A stretch of 64,000 bases of DNA from an uncultured Candidatus Saccharibacteria bacterium (GCA_964549935.1 CAZJVT010000001.1:91922-155921); one strand, 5' to 3'; numbered from the stretch's first letter, positions 8,930 to 19,260 are shown. Numbers and translations are program-made. Notes: a model not told the origin generated them from the letters alone.

Positions 8930-8968
8930 CGGCATAAACAAAAAACCGGACTTAGTCCGGTTTTTTGT
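8930..8968. terminator. Bidirectional rho-independent terminator (aaaaaaccggacttagtccggttttttgtttg)
   Basis: Hairpin CCGGACT/AGTCCGG with A-runs and T-runs on both sides. It sits between the convergent murA and the 8973..9395 ORF. Confidence 0.65.
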
Positions 8969-8972
8969 TTGT

Positions 8973-9395
8973 TTACTGATTTTCAGACAAAGTTAGCTTT
9001 ATCTTTGCCTGGTCGACTGCTCGAACCGCCTCCTCCGAAATTCCCGGGTTGCGGATGAAGAAGTCATGCATTTCACTGCTTGTTCGGGCGAGGTCGGCTA
9101 CTTTAACCGCGTCCTCTCGAGAAATGAGTTGCCACTTCTTTTGGATATCGGCGAGATAATTTTCCATTTCTGGCGTGCCTCGAGCAAGGCGAAATGCGCT
9201 CGTGTTTTCAATTTTATCCTCGTGCAAATCAGCAGTACCTTTCTCTTTGCCCGCTTCGTAGCCAAGCGCTCCGCCTACGCCACCTGCAACCAGGATCATC
9301 AGGCCTAAAAGTCTTTTCGTTTCTTTGAGCTTCTCCTCAGGCGACTGCTGCTCTTCAGAATGCATTCCAAGGTCCGACTGTTCAAGATTTCCCAT
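8973..9395 (-). CDS. Hypothetical protein (140 aa), acidic N-terminus, one hydrophobic segment
   Basis: ORF only; no recognisable motif. Confidence 0.35.
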   Translation of the reverse strand: MGNLEQSDLGMHSEEQQSPEEKLKETKRLLGLMILVAGGVGGALGYEAGKEKGTADLHEDKIENTSAFRLARGTPEMENYLADIQKKWQLISREDAVKVADLARTSSEMHDFFIRNPGISEEAVRAVDQAKIKLTLSENQ

Positions 9396-9482
9396 ATAAT
9401 TTAATTAATAATTATTAACATCTAGTATAGCAGCTGCTATTTTTTTGTCATTTAGACTTGTTTTTGCTACTATAGCTCCACT

Positions 9483-10490
9483 ATGTTCATTCGCCGAATA
9501 GGAATTGATTTGGGTACGGCTAACACCATCGTGTTTGTGCCGGGGAAAGGCTTCGTTGTAAACGAGCCGACTATTGTCGCACTCGGACAGCCGAACAATC
9601 AGGTGCTCGCTGTCGGTCAGGAGGCGAAGAATATGATCGGCCGCACCCCGGCGGATATCGTTGCTTATAAGCCGCTCAAAGACGGCGTCATCGCCGACTA
9701 CTATATAACGAAGGCGATGCTGAAGTACTTTATCGGCAAAGCCATCGGTCAGTGGAACATCATCAAGCCCGACGTCGTTATTTCTGTGCCGGCCGGCATT
9801 ACGCAAAACGAGCGCCGTGCTGTGATGAACGCAACGCGCGAAGCGGGAGCAAAAGAAGTGTACATTGTCCGTGAGCCGATTTTGGCTGCGCTCGGTGCCG
9901 ACATTCCTATCAACTCGCATTCCGGAAACATGATCATCAACATCGGCGGGGGAACCAGCGAGGTGGCCGTCGTCTCACTTGGTTCAATTGTCAGCTGGGC
10001 TTCGGTGCGTATCGCGGGCAACAAGTTTGACGCCGCGATTATGGAGTACATCAAAAAGAAGTTTTCGGTGTACATCGGTGAGCAGACGGCCGAGCAGGTA
10101 AAAATTGAGGTTGGTTCGGCGCTGCCGATGAAGGACAAGCTTTCGATTAAGGTCCGTGGGCGCGACGTGGCCTCCGGGTTGCCGAAAGATATTTCGGTAA
10201 ACAGTAACGAAATCGCAGAGGCGCTTAACCCGCTGCTGATTGATGTGGCCACTAACGTGCAGACGGTGTTTAACTCGACCCCGCCGGAGCTCGTCGCCGA
10301 CATTATGGAGAAGGGCATTATGATTTCAGGCGGTGGCGGACAGCTGCGCAATATCGACGAGTTCTTTAAGCGTATGACCGGCGTTTCCTGCTACATCGCC
10401 GAGGAGCCGCTGTTTTGCGTTGCCAAAGGATCGGGTTTGATTCTCGATCACCTGGAGGTTTACAAGCGGACGCTGCTGAATAAGCGCTAA
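9483..10490 (+). CDS. mreB: Rod shape-determining actin homolog MreB (paralog 1)
   Basis: IGIDLGTANT phosphate-1 motif plus the GGG and ISGGG ATPase motifs; 335 aa. Confidence 0.9.
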   Translation: MFIRRIGIDLGTANTIVFVPGKGFVVNEPTIVALGQPNNQVLAVGQEAKNMIGRTPADIVAYKPLKDGVIADYYITKAMLKYFIGKAIGQWNIIKPDVVISVPAGITQNERRAVMNATREAGAKEVYIVREPILAALGADIPINSHSGNMIINIGGGTSEVAVVSLGSIVSWASVRIAGNKFDAAIMEYIKKKFSVYIGEQTAEQVKIEVGSALPMKDKLSIKVRGRDVASGLPKDISVNSNEIAEALNPLLIDVATNVQTVFNSTPPELVADIMEKGIMISGGGGQLRNIDEFFKRMTGVSCYIAEEPLFCVAKGSGLILDHLEVYKRTLLNKR

Positions 10491-10518
10491 CTCGCGTTTT
10501 CTTGTATACTGGGAGCAT

Positions 10519-11028
10519 ATGGCTAATCCAGAGGAGCTAAAGCCCGAATCTGTGGAGCCCGAAGCAAAGCGAGTCTCGGAGAAGACCTCGTTTGTCGAGG
10601 GGATTGATACTGATTATGTAAATGCATTCCCGACGATCTTAACGCATCTCGGCCTAATAAAAGAAGGGCAGCTTTTAAAATTTTTCAGCAGAGAAGATTT
10701 TATTGGAACGCTAAGCTTGCCTTTCCCGGCTTATGAAGAGTACATTAGAACCCGTCCGGGGTATCAAGTTGATCCGAAAGAAGCGGAGGAGATTATTGCC
10801 AGGGCGAAACCCGAGCGTCGTGCTGCGGTTAATGCCCAAATCCAAGTTTGCGACGAGCTCCGCAGCAACCTTTTGAGTATTTTGACCGGGAATTTTTCCT
10901 CAACGACGAAGGAACTACTCGGGGCAAAATTAGTCAAAACATTATTTCACGAAGTTCAAAACTTAAGCCTGATTCTTTATGGAAAGCCGATGATACCCCG
11001 GAAAAAAGAAAAAAATCAGGAGGCATAG
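10519..11028 (+). CDS. Hypothetical protein (169 aa)
   Basis: ORF with good coding appearance; no motif recognised. Confidence 0.45.
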   Translation: MANPEELKPESVEPEAKRVSEKTSFVEGIDTDYVNAFPTILTHLGLIKEGQLLKFFSREDFIGTLSLPFPAYEEYIRTRPGYQVDPKEAEEIIARAKPERRAAVNAQIQVCDELRSNLLSILTGNFSSTTKELLGAKLVKTLFHEVQNLSLILYGKPMIPRKKEKNQEA

Positions 11029-11034
11029 CAACTC

Positions 11035-11787
11035 ATGCCTAATCTCGGGACACTCGCAAAACAGTTCCAGCAGCTGGCAAAAAAGGATGTCTTAGCCCAG
11101 GCCTATGTTTTGCACGGACCGGTTGTGGCGGCGCAGTTTGCGTTTGCTAAAGAGCTGGCGAACTTTTTGGAGACTAAGGAGTGGCAGAAACCTACCAATA
11201 TTTTATTAGACGCAAAGTTTATCGACGGCAGCTCGCAGAAGCTCGGCGTAGAAGTAGCGCGCGAGTTTTCGGATTTTTTGTATCGTCAGCCGGCGGTCAG
11301 TTCGCGCCGGACGCTGGTGATTAATAACGCAACCGATTTTACCGATCAGGCTCAGAACGCGATTTTAAAAATTGTCGAAGAGCCGCCTAGTCACGCGCTG
11401 ATTATTTTGACCATGCGGGACGTCAACTCACTGCTTCCGGCACTCAAGTCTCGACTTCAGGCCGTGTACGTCGCTCCGGATAGTACGATGAAAGCTGCTT
11501 TGTCGCCGGTTGAGGAGCGTGCGCAGGAGATTTTAGAAAAGTTTTTGATGACCAGTGGCTCGGAGCGCAGCAAGTTACTCAAGTCGCTTGTTGATGAGGA
11601 TAAGGAGAGCGAGAAGGGGGAGCAGATAGTGGACGCCTTTGTCCGGGCTTTAATTGTCGAGCTAGCTAAGAAGCCGGAACAGAACACGCTTGCACTCAAG
11701 GAGCTTTTGAAGCGGCAGACGGCAATGGGGGACTTTAGTACCAGCAAAAAGCTCCAGCTAGAGGCGGCATTGCAATTTTTGCGTTAA
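11035..11787 (+). CDS. holB: DNA polymerase III delta-prime-like clamp-loader subunit
   Basis: AAA+ clamp-loader fold lacking an intact P-loop. It has the AQNAILKIVEEPP box and an SRLQ sensor-like motif. Confidence 0.65.
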   Translation: MPNLGTLAKQFQQLAKKDVLAQAYVLHGPVVAAQFAFAKELANFLETKEWQKPTNILLDAKFIDGSSQKLGVEVAREFSDFLYRQPAVSSRRTLVINNATDFTDQAQNAILKIVEEPPSHALIILTMRDVNSLLPALKSRLQAVYVAPDSTMKAALSPVEERAQEILEKFLMTSGSERSKLLKSLVDEDKESEKGEQIVDAFVRALIVELAKKPEQNTLALKELLKRQTAMGDFSTSKKLQLEAALQFLR

Positions 11788-11917
11788 TACGCAAAAATTG
11801 AAGCACGAAATCCGAAGTACGAAGCTCGAAACAAAGGATTCAAAGTTTAAATATTAGAAATTTAAAACTTCGATATTGTTTCGGATTTCGATATTCGAAT
11901 TTCGAACTTATTCCAAT

Positions 11918-12469
11918 ATGGACCAAATTCTTAAAGAAATAGAAAAGTCAGTCGCCGGAGCACTTTCCTTTATGGGTGGTGAGCTTGCCGGTGTTCGTAC
12001 GAGCCGTCCAACCGCCGCACTCGTTGAGGATATTAAGATTGAGTATTTTGATCAGCGGGTGCCGGTTAAGCAGCTGGGCTCGCTCTCTATCGTTCCACCC
12101 CGCGAGATGGTTATCAGCTTATGGGACCCGTCCGGGCTCGCCGTTGTTGCTAAGGCGCTGGAAGATGCAAAGCGCGGATTTGGTGTTTCAGTTCGAGGCA
12201 ATGCCGTTGTTGTGACCTTGCCGCCGCTCTCGCAAGACCGCCGCGAGGAGTTGATCAAGGTTGCCAAGACGATGGCCGACCAGGCGAAGATTCGTCTGCG
12301 TGGACTTCGTGATGATGCCAACAAAAAGCTCGCCGCCTCTAAAACCGCAAAAACAATCACTGAAGATATGGAATTTCGCGGTAAGAAAAAAGTGCAGGAG
12401 GTCATTGATAAGGCCAACAAAGAGATTGACGCACAGGTTGAGAAAAAGATTAAAGAAATCAATGAATAG
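11918..12469 (+). CDS. frr: Ribosome recycling factor
   Basis: Full-length match in architecture to Frr (MDQILKEIEKS...). The upstream in-frame extension from 11876 is probably not coding. Confidence 0.85.
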   Translation: MDQILKEIEKSVAGALSFMGGELAGVRTSRPTAALVEDIKIEYFDQRVPVKQLGSLSIVPPREMVISLWDPSGLAVVAKALEDAKRGFGVSVRGNAVVVTLPPLSQDRREELIKVAKTMADQAKIRLRGLRDDANKKLAASKTAKTITEDMEFRGKKKVQEVIDKANKEIDAQVEKKIKEINE

Positions 12470-12550
12470 TAGCTCGGAGACAGGAGTCAGTAGTTAGTAA
12501 AAGCAAAATCGGGTATACTCCTAGCTACTAACTTCTATCTCCTGACTACT

Positions 12551-13597
12551 ATGTGGACTGGTATTATTCTTTTCCTCGGACTCTCGCTTTTAGTTTTTAT
12601 TCACGAGCTTGGGCACTTTATCGCCGCTAAGCAGGCGGGAATTAAGGTTGAGGAGTTCGGGTTTGGTTTCCCGCCACGGCTCAAGGGTTGGAAGCGCGGC
12701 GAGACTACTTACAGTATCAATTGGCTACCAATCGGCGGCTTTGTGCGTATTTACGGAGAAAATAAATTTAAAGCCGAAGAGATTGCTAAAGAAACGGGAG
12801 TGGCGATTGAACACAAGCGCGCATTTTTTACGCAGTCTATCTGGCGCCGCTTTGTCGTTATCGCAGCCGGTATTTCAATCAACTTTATTGCGGGCTGGCT
12901 CCTGCTCTCGCTGGTGTACGGTATAGGCGACAGGCCGCGGGTTGTCGTAACGCAGCTTCAGCCTAGCAGTCCAGCGGTGGCGATTGATATGCGCGAGGGT
13001 GACGAATTGGTTGGCTATAAAAAGGCGGAGGAGTTTGTGCAGTTTGCAAAAAATAATCACGGCAAGGAGGTGACGCTCAAGTTACTCCGCAATGGAGAGG
13101 AGCTGACAAAAACAGTAACCTTGCGCGCTAATCCAAAAGAGGGCGAGGGAGCGCTCGGCGCAGCGGTTTCAGATTATGGCTTTGAGCGGGTGCCACTTGG
13201 CCAGGCCTTCGTCAAAGGATTTGCAGACGCCGTCGGGATGGTTGCGGAAATTTTTAAGGCTTTCGTTACGCTCATTGCCCAGCTTGTTACTGGCGCGCAT
13301 GTGCCGGACAACATCGTTGGCCCGGTTGGCATCTTCAGTATGGCGGGGGAGTTTAGTAAACTCGGGTTTACCTACGTTCTGCAGATTATCGCGATGATCT
13401 CGCTTAACTTAGCCGCGCTTAATGCTCTGCCGATTCCGGCCTTAGACGGCGGGAGGATTTTGTTCTTAATTATTGAAAAGATTATCGGCCGGCCAATTCA
13501 TCCGAAGAAAGAATTGATCGCAAACGGTATCAGTTTTGGGCTTTTGATACTGCTGATGATTATTATCACGGGGAGGGATATCGTTAGACTTTTCTAG
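12551..13597 (+). CDS. rseP: RIP metalloprotease RseP (site-2 protease, M50) with PDZ domain
   Basis: HELGHF zinc motif in the first TM segment, a central PDZ region and a C-terminal LDGG motif. Confidence 0.85.
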   Translation: MWTGIILFLGLSLLVFIHELGHFIAAKQAGIKVEEFGFGFPPRLKGWKRGETTYSINWLPIGGFVRIYGENKFKAEEIAKETGVAIEHKRAFFTQSIWRRFVVIAAGISINFIAGWLLLSLVYGIGDRPRVVVTQLQPSSPAVAIDMREGDELVGYKKAEEFVQFAKNNHGKEVTLKLLRNGEELTKTVTLRANPKEGEGALGAAVSDYGFERVPLGQAFVKGFADAVGMVAEIFKAFVTLIAQLVTGAHVPDNIVGPVGIFSMAGEFSKLGFTYVLQIIAMISLNLAALNALPIPALDGGRILFLIIEKIIGRPIHPKKELIANGISFGLLILLMIIITGRDIVRLF

Positions 13598-13621
13598 GCG
13601 GGAGCTGGTACTATAGATGGC

Positions 13622-14875
13622 ATGAGACAAAGTCAGCTTTTTACTAAAACCCGCCGTGAGGCTCCTTCTGAAGAGGTCGCAAAAAATGCGCAGCTTTTAA
13701 TTCGTGCCGGGTACATCAATAAAGAAATGGCAGGAGTCTATGACTACTTGCCGCTCGGATTGCGCGTAGTCGAAAAGATAAAGCAGATCGTGCGCGAAGA
13801 GATGAATGCCGTGGGTGGGCAAGAAATGATCATGACTGCGCTCCAGCGAAAGGAGCTTTGGGAAAAGACCGATCGATGGGATGACAAGAAGGTTGATATC
13901 TGGTTTAAGTCGGAGCTGAAAAGCGGCGGTGAAGTCGGTTTGGGCTGGTCGCACGAAGAACCGATTACCGAGATGATGAAGTCATATATCGCCAGTTACC
14001 GCGATCTGCCTCAGTGTGTGTATCAATTCCAGACCAAGCTGAGAAATGAATTACGCGCAAAGAGCGGAATTATGCGCGGTCGCGAGTTCGTGATGAAAGA
14101 TATGTATTCATACACTACCGATGAAGCTGCGCATAAAAGCATTTATGACGCGGCGACTAAGGCTTACCATCAAGTTTTTGCTCGCGTTGGACTTGGCGAC
14201 ATAACCTATCTTACCTTTGCGTCTGGTGGTGCGTTCACGCAGTTTAGCCATGAATTCCAAACGCTCTCATCGGCCGGTGAGGACACGATTTACGTGCACA
14301 AGGGCAAGAAGCTCGCAGTCAACAAAGAAGTTCTCACTGATGAAGTGCTTGCGCAGCTGGACATTAAACGTGATGAGCTAGAAGAATCTAAGGCGATCGA
14401 GGTCGGCAATATTTTTAGTTTCGGGAGTACTAAGTCAGAACAACTCGGGCTCTATTTCAAGAATGAAAAAGGAGAATCAAAGCCCGTTATTTTAGGTTCA
14501 TACGGCATCGGTATTACGAGGCTCATGGGTACACTTGTAGAAATTTTTGCAGACGAGAAGGGAATCGTTTGGCCGAAGAGCGTTGCTCCATTTGCGGTTC
14601 ACTTGGTTTCAATCGCCGGTAAAGCAGGCGAAAAGGTTAAGGCGGCGGCGGATGAGCTCTATGCGACACTGCAGAAGCAGGGCATCGAAGTTTTGTTCGA
14701 CGATCGGGATCTTTCTGCGGGTGCAAAGCTTGGTGATGCGGAACTGATCGGCATTCCGACGCGCGTGATTATCAGTGAGAAAACTTTGGCGAATGAGCAG
14801 GTTGAGGTGGCGGACCGGGCGAGCGGCAAGACCGAAATGATAGCCCTTTCGGCGGTTTTGAAGCACCTCGAATAG
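13622..14875 (+). CDS. proS: Proline--tRNA ligase, short form without the editing insertion
   Basis: Class II aaRS motifs and a C-terminal anticodon-binding domain; 417 aa. Confidence 0.85.
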   Translation: MRQSQLFTKTRREAPSEEVAKNAQLLIRAGYINKEMAGVYDYLPLGLRVVEKIKQIVREEMNAVGGQEMIMTALQRKELWEKTDRWDDKKVDIWFKSELKSGGEVGLGWSHEEPITEMMKSYIASYRDLPQCVYQFQTKLRNELRAKSGIMRGREFVMKDMYSYTTDEAAHKSIYDAATKAYHQVFARVGLGDITYLTFASGGAFTQFSHEFQTLSSAGEDTIYVHKGKKLAVNKEVLTDEVLAQLDIKRDELEESKAIEVGNIFSFGSTKSEQLGLYFKNEKGESKPVILGSYGIGITRLMGTLVEIFADEKGIVWPKSVAPFAVHLVSIAGKAGEKVKAAADELYATLQKQGIEVLFDDRDLSAGAKLGDAELIGIPTRVIISEKTLANEQVEVADRASGKTEMIALSAVLKHLE

Positions 14876-15022
14876 TTCTTTTAGTCCAGCATTGCTTTTC
14901 GTTCTCGTTTCCTGCTACCATACCGGAACGTGAATCGTATATCTTGTAACGTTGAACGTAAAACAGGAAATATGTTCCTGGCTTGCTGACGTTACACGCT
15001 CTACGCTCTACGTTATACGATT

Positions 15023-16078
15023 ATGAAGCTCAAGAACCCATTTCGATTTTTTAGACATAATGTTGGTATCGATTTAGGTACTGCCAACACCCTTATTTAC
15101 GTTTCTGGTCGCGGCATTGTCGTCAACGAGCCGACTGCAGTGGCCATTAATACTAAGACAAATAAAGTTGTCGCCGTCGGGCATGAGGCTAAGAGTATGC
15201 TCGGGCGCACACCACTGCACATGAGCGTGGTCCGTCCGCTCAATGGCGGAGTTATTTCTGACTTCGAAATGGCGCAGGAAATTTTGCGTCAGTTTTTAAA
15301 AAAGTTAGCGAAGGGTGCAACGTTTGCGTACTATCAGAACGCTGTTGTTGGTGTGCCTGCAGACCTCACCGAGGTTGAGCGCAAGTCGGTAGAGGACGCG
15401 GTTATCGGCGCCGGCGTGAGCCAGGCATATATTATAGAAAGCGCGATCGCTTCAGCGCTCGGCGCTCGTTTGCCGGTTGGTGAACCGGTGGCCAACATGA
15501 TTATCGATATCGGTGGAGGGACGACCGAGATCGCCATTATTTCTATGGGCGGCGCGGTTACGATTCGCAGTGTTAAAGTGGGCGGCGATAGATTTAACGA
15601 CGATATCGTTAAGTTTGTACGCGATGAGTTCCAGCTGATCATTGGTGAGCCGACTGCTGAGGCGATCAAAATTGAGCTTGGCACAGCGATTCCGGTTAAC
15701 GAGAAGCTCGAGATGGCGATTTCCGGCCGCGATCTTTTGACCGGCTTGCCGAAGGAGGTGCTGCTTAAAGATATGCACGTGCGAGCCGCCATTAACAAGT
15801 CACTTCGCCAGATCGTTGACGCTGCCAAGGAGGTTATCGAGACCGCTCCACCGGAGCTTGCTGGCGACCTGCTCAAGCGGGGAGTGTATATGTGCGGCGG
15901 CGGCAGTTTGCTGCGTGGTATCGATGTGCTTATGAGTAAAGAACTCGCGACGACCGCGACTGTCGTTGATGATCCGCTCACGTGCGCAGCGCGCGGAGCC
16001 GGCATTGCCGTCGAGAACCTGGAGAAGTATGACTATATTTTAAATAGTCCGCTGAAGCCGAGAGACATCAAGCTATAA
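15023..16078 (+). CDS. mreB: Rod shape-determining protein MreB (paralog 2), first gene of mreBCD-mrdA
   Basis: VGIDLGTANT motif; 351 aa. It is followed by mreC, mreD and a PBP2 gene. Confidence 0.9.
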   Translation: MKLKNPFRFFRHNVGIDLGTANTLIYVSGRGIVVNEPTAVAINTKTNKVVAVGHEAKSMLGRTPLHMSVVRPLNGGVISDFEMAQEILRQFLKKLAKGATFAYYQNAVVGVPADLTEVERKSVEDAVIGAGVSQAYIIESAIASALGARLPVGEPVANMIIDIGGGTTEIAIISMGGAVTIRSVKVGGDRFNDDIVKFVRDEFQLIIGEPTAEAIKIELGTAIPVNEKLEMAISGRDLLTGLPKEVLLKDMHVRAAINKSLRQIVDAAKEVIETAPPELAGDLLKRGVYMCGGGSLLRGIDVLMSKELATTATVVDDPLTCAARGAGIAVENLEKYDYILNSPLKPRDIKL

Positions 16079-16102
16079 TGATGGTACTAACCATATTTAC
16101 GC

Positions 16103-16846
16103 ATGCCTCGTAACCGTCTCATCGTCGCCCTCGCAATCTTTGTTGTTATTTTTTTGATTGGACAAATCTTTTTTATCCCGAAAACTGCCATGAATTCGGC
16201 TTTTTTAAGCGCGCTGCAGTCACCACGTGTATTTTTTAGCGGGTTTTATAACAAACATAAGCTGATTACACAGCTCCAGGATTTAACGGTTGAGAATCAG
16301 TCTTTGCGAGGACAGTTAGCACAGGCGCAGGCAGTCCCTCGGATTATTACGAGCGGCAAAGACAACTTTATCCGGGCCGTTGTGTATTCAGTTTATCCGC
16401 TCACAAGCTCAAAAACTTTGACTATTGGCGCCGGCATCAAAGAAGGGGTCGCCGCCGGAATGCCGGTTGTGATAGAGCCGGGACTCTTTATTGGTGAAGT
16501 CGCTCAGGTTTTTGACCACCAGAGTCTCGTGCGTACAATTTTTGATGCGACGCAGACAGCAACAAGCACGCCGTGGCAGCTTGCAGTCAAAATCGGAAAG
16601 AATGCGACTGACGCCTTGCTTGTGGCTGACTTGGAGCCTCGTTTAACGATTATTTCCCGCAAGAAGCAAATTGCTCCCGGCGACGACATTATCCTTGCGG
16701 GGAAGCAGTATCCTTACGGGTTGTCAGTCGGAGCAATCGGCGATTTAGTGGATAATCCGAGTAATGTTTTTTTGGAAGCAAAGCTGGCGGTACCGTACAG
16801 TTTTTCTGATTTAAATGAAGTCTTTGTGATGCTGCCACGGCAGTAA
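16103..16846 (+). CDS. mreC: Rod shape-determining protein MreC-like
   Basis: N-terminal TM segment, a coiled-coil and a beta-rich C-terminus. It sits between mreB and mreD. Confidence 0.7.
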   Translation: MPRNRLIVALAIFVVIFLIGQIFFIPKTAMNSAFLSALQSPRVFFSGFYNKHKLITQLQDLTVENQSLRGQLAQAQAVPRIITSGKDNFIRAVVYSVYPLTSSKTLTIGAGIKEGVAAGMPVVIEPGLFIGEVAQVFDHQSLVRTIFDATQTATSTPWQLAVKIGKNATDALLVADLEPRLTIISRKKQIAPGDDIILAGKQYPYGLSVGAIGDLVDNPSNVFLEAKLAVPYSFSDLNEVFVMLPRQ

Positions 16847-16850
16847 ACGT

Positions 16851-17318
16851 ATGACTACCTCAAGCCGTTTTACGTGGACCGCGCTCGTCAGTCTTGTGCT
16901 GGCCGCGGTTTTAGTCCGCGTGCCAATTCTTACAGTAGGCTTTATCCAGCCCAATCTAATCCTCGCAGTTTTAATCGCTGCGGCATTTTTCACGAATAAT
17001 GTCGCCTTTTATGCCTTGTTGCTCGCACTTGCTACGATTCTTGGCCGCGCGACTTCGCAGTTATTTGACCCGTTCATTGTCGGCATTGTCGTCGCGGCAG
17101 TGCTTTGTTTTTTAATCAAAAGACACATCGTTTGGCCAAATCGCATCGGCGTTTTGATTTTGGCAGCCCTTGGTACACTCGTTACGTATCTTATTGCTGC
17201 GCCGGGGTTTATCGGCGGGCACGTCTGGGCCTTTCTTTTTGAGGTAGCCGCTAACGTTGTTGCGAGCATCATTTTATTCGAAGTTTTTACGTTCACTGTC
17301 GGCAGGCGTAATGAGTAA
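16851..17318 (+). CDS. mreD: Rod shape-determining protein MreD-like polytopic membrane protein
   Basis: 155 aa, multi-TM, located between mreC and PBP2. Confidence 0.5.
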   Translation: MTTSSRFTWTALVSLVLAAVLVRVPILTVGFIQPNLILAVLIAAAFFTNNVAFYALLLALATILGRATSQLFDPFIVGIVVAAVLCFLIKRHIVWPNRIGVLILAALGTLVTYLIAAPGFIGGHVWAFLFEVAANVVASIILFEVFTFTVGRRNE

Positions 17319-17334
17319 GATAATGATTTTTTAA

Positions 17335-19215
17335 TTGTACTACTTTGATATGGCACGCAGAAAAGATCTTTACTTTGAGGAATTTACTCCTGAAACCTCG
17401 ACAAGTAGCGAAGTTGATTACATGGAGGTTCCGCTCTCCTCCAATATGTTTATGGCGGCGAGTATTTCAGTTGTTGTCGTCCTCGTTGCGCTTTTCGGTC
17501 GATTAGCGTATCTGAATTTAGGGCAGCACAGTTTTTACGCTGCTCGGGCAACGAGCAATGTAAACATGGATAAACCGGTGCCTGCGCAGAGGGGCACGAT
17601 TATGGATCGGTATGGCGAGGTGCTTGCAAAAAACACTGAAACATTCAGCGTCTTTGTCGACGCGGCAACGCTGCTCAAAGACAGGCAACAACTTGATGCG
17701 ACGTTAGCGCAGCTTTCGGCGGCACTTGATACACCGGTCGAAGAACTTGAGGCGGCGCTCGCTGCGGGAGATTATGAGCACAGCGTCGAGGTGCCTATCA
17801 TACGCAACATCAGCCCTGAGGTCGCGATTGCAGTACGTGGTTTAAATCTTGCTTCAGTTTCTGTCGAAAACGATTTGCGTCGTGAGTATATTGACGGCCC
17901 AATTTTTTCCTCGGTGCTTGGCTATACCGGCACGCAAGACAATAAGCCGGTTGTTATCGGCAAGGCCGGTCTTGAGCGCGCCTATGATGACCTTCTGCGA
18001 GGCGTAGATGGTGTTTTTGTTAGTAGCCGTGACGCGAAAGGTCATGTTCTTGATGAACGTCTAAGTCGAGACGCTACCTCCGGCAAATCAATTACAATGA
18101 CGATTGATGCGGGGTTGCAAAGATTCTTTTATCAACGCCTGCAGCAGGGCCTGCGTTCGCTTGGCGTTTTTTCCGGTGTCGGTATGGCAATGGACCCGAA
18201 GACGGGCGAGGTGCTTGCGCTCGTGAGCCTGCCGAGCTACGACAATAACGTTTTCGTGACGCCTGGGCAGAGCGCCGAGCGATCGAAATTATTGACCGAT
18301 AAAGTCCGCAAGCCGCTTTTCAACAGGGCGGTTTCAGGCGCGTATAACCCCGGTTCAACAATTAAGCCGATCGTTGCGCTGGCGGCACTTCATGAAAAGG
18401 TTATAACCCCGACACAGACAATTTATTCTGCGGGGTACATCGACGTGCCAAACCCGTACGTGCCGGACAAGCCAAGCCGCTTTGTTGAATTTAATATGCA
18501 CCAGTACGGCTATGTTGATGTGCGTAGTGCACTTGCAAAGTCCAGCAACATTTATTTTTATACTGTCGGTGGCGGATTCGGTACTATCGTCGGGCTGGGT
18601 CTTGATCGCCTACATCATTATTGGGAGAAGTTTGGCTTGGGTCAAAAGACGGGGATTGGGCTGGATCCGGAGACGAGCGGAAATTTGCCGACTGCGGCAG
18701 AGAAAGAAGCTCGCACGCATCAGCCGTGGCGCCTGGGTGACACTTTCAACGTTGCGATTGGGCAAGGAGACCTGCTCGTTTCACCTATTCAGCTTATCAA
18801 TTTTTATGCCTCACTAGCCAACAATGGTGTGATGTATAAACCGACGCTGGTTCACTCCCTCAGTGGCGGCGCTCCGGAAAAGCCGCAGGTAGTTCTGGAT
18901 TACAGTGATTGGAAGGAGGAGTTACGCGAGGTGCAGGCGGGACTGCGTGACGGCGTGGCTAAAACATACGGTACCTCCTATACTCTGGATGACTTGCCAT
19001 TCCATGCGGCGGCAAAAACAGGAAGTGCGCAGATAAAAAATAACACCGAGACCAACGCTTTCTTCGTCGGGTATGCACCATACGAAGATCCGCGCATTGT
19101 CGTCTCAATTCTTGTTGAAAACGCGCAAACCGGTACACTTAACGCCGTACCTATCGCTAAAGATGTTTTGAACTGGTACTACGAAAACCGGCTCAATAAG
19201 CAGGATACGGAATAA
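17335..19215 (+). CDS. mrdA: Penicillin-binding protein 2 (peptidoglycan D,D-transpeptidase)
   Basis: N-terminal TM segment and a PBP dimerisation domain. The transpeptidase motifs are STIKP (SxxK), a SxN-type region and KTGS. Confidence 0.85.
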   Translation: MYYFDMARRKDLYFEEFTPETSTSSEVDYMEVPLSSNMFMAASISVVVVLVALFGRLAYLNLGQHSFYAARATSNVNMDKPVPAQRGTIMDRYGEVLAKNTETFSVFVDAATLLKDRQQLDATLAQLSAALDTPVEELEAALAAGDYEHSVEVPIIRNISPEVAIAVRGLNLASVSVENDLRREYIDGPIFSSVLGYTGTQDNKPVVIGKAGLERAYDDLLRGVDGVFVSSRDAKGHVLDERLSRDATSGKSITMTIDAGLQRFFYQRLQQGLRSLGVFSGVGMAMDPKTGEVLALVSLPSYDNNVFVTPGQSAERSKLLTDKVRKPLFNRAVSGAYNPGSTIKPIVALAALHEKVITPTQTIYSAGYIDVPNPYVPDKPSRFVEFNMHQYGYVDVRSALAKSSNIYFYTVGGGFGTIVGLGLDRLHHYWEKFGLGQKTGIGLDPETSGNLPTAAEKEARTHQPWRLGDTFNVAIGQGDLLVSPIQLINFYASLANNGVMYKPTLVHSLSGGAPEKPQVVLDYSDWKEELREVQAGLRDGVAKTYGTSYTLDDLPFHAAAKTGSAQIKNNTETNAFFVGYAPYEDPRIVVSILVENAQTGTLNAVPIAKDVLNWYYENRLNKQDTE

Positions 19216-19242
19216 GATGTGTTCGGCTTCAAAGTAGGGTAC

Positions 19243-19260
19243 TATATCATATATGATATA
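19243..19260. promoter_or_regulatory. Palindrome TATATCATATATGATATA (third copy of the ATATCATATATGATAT site), overlapping the start codon of the next ORF
   Basis: Read directly. Confidence 0.45.
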
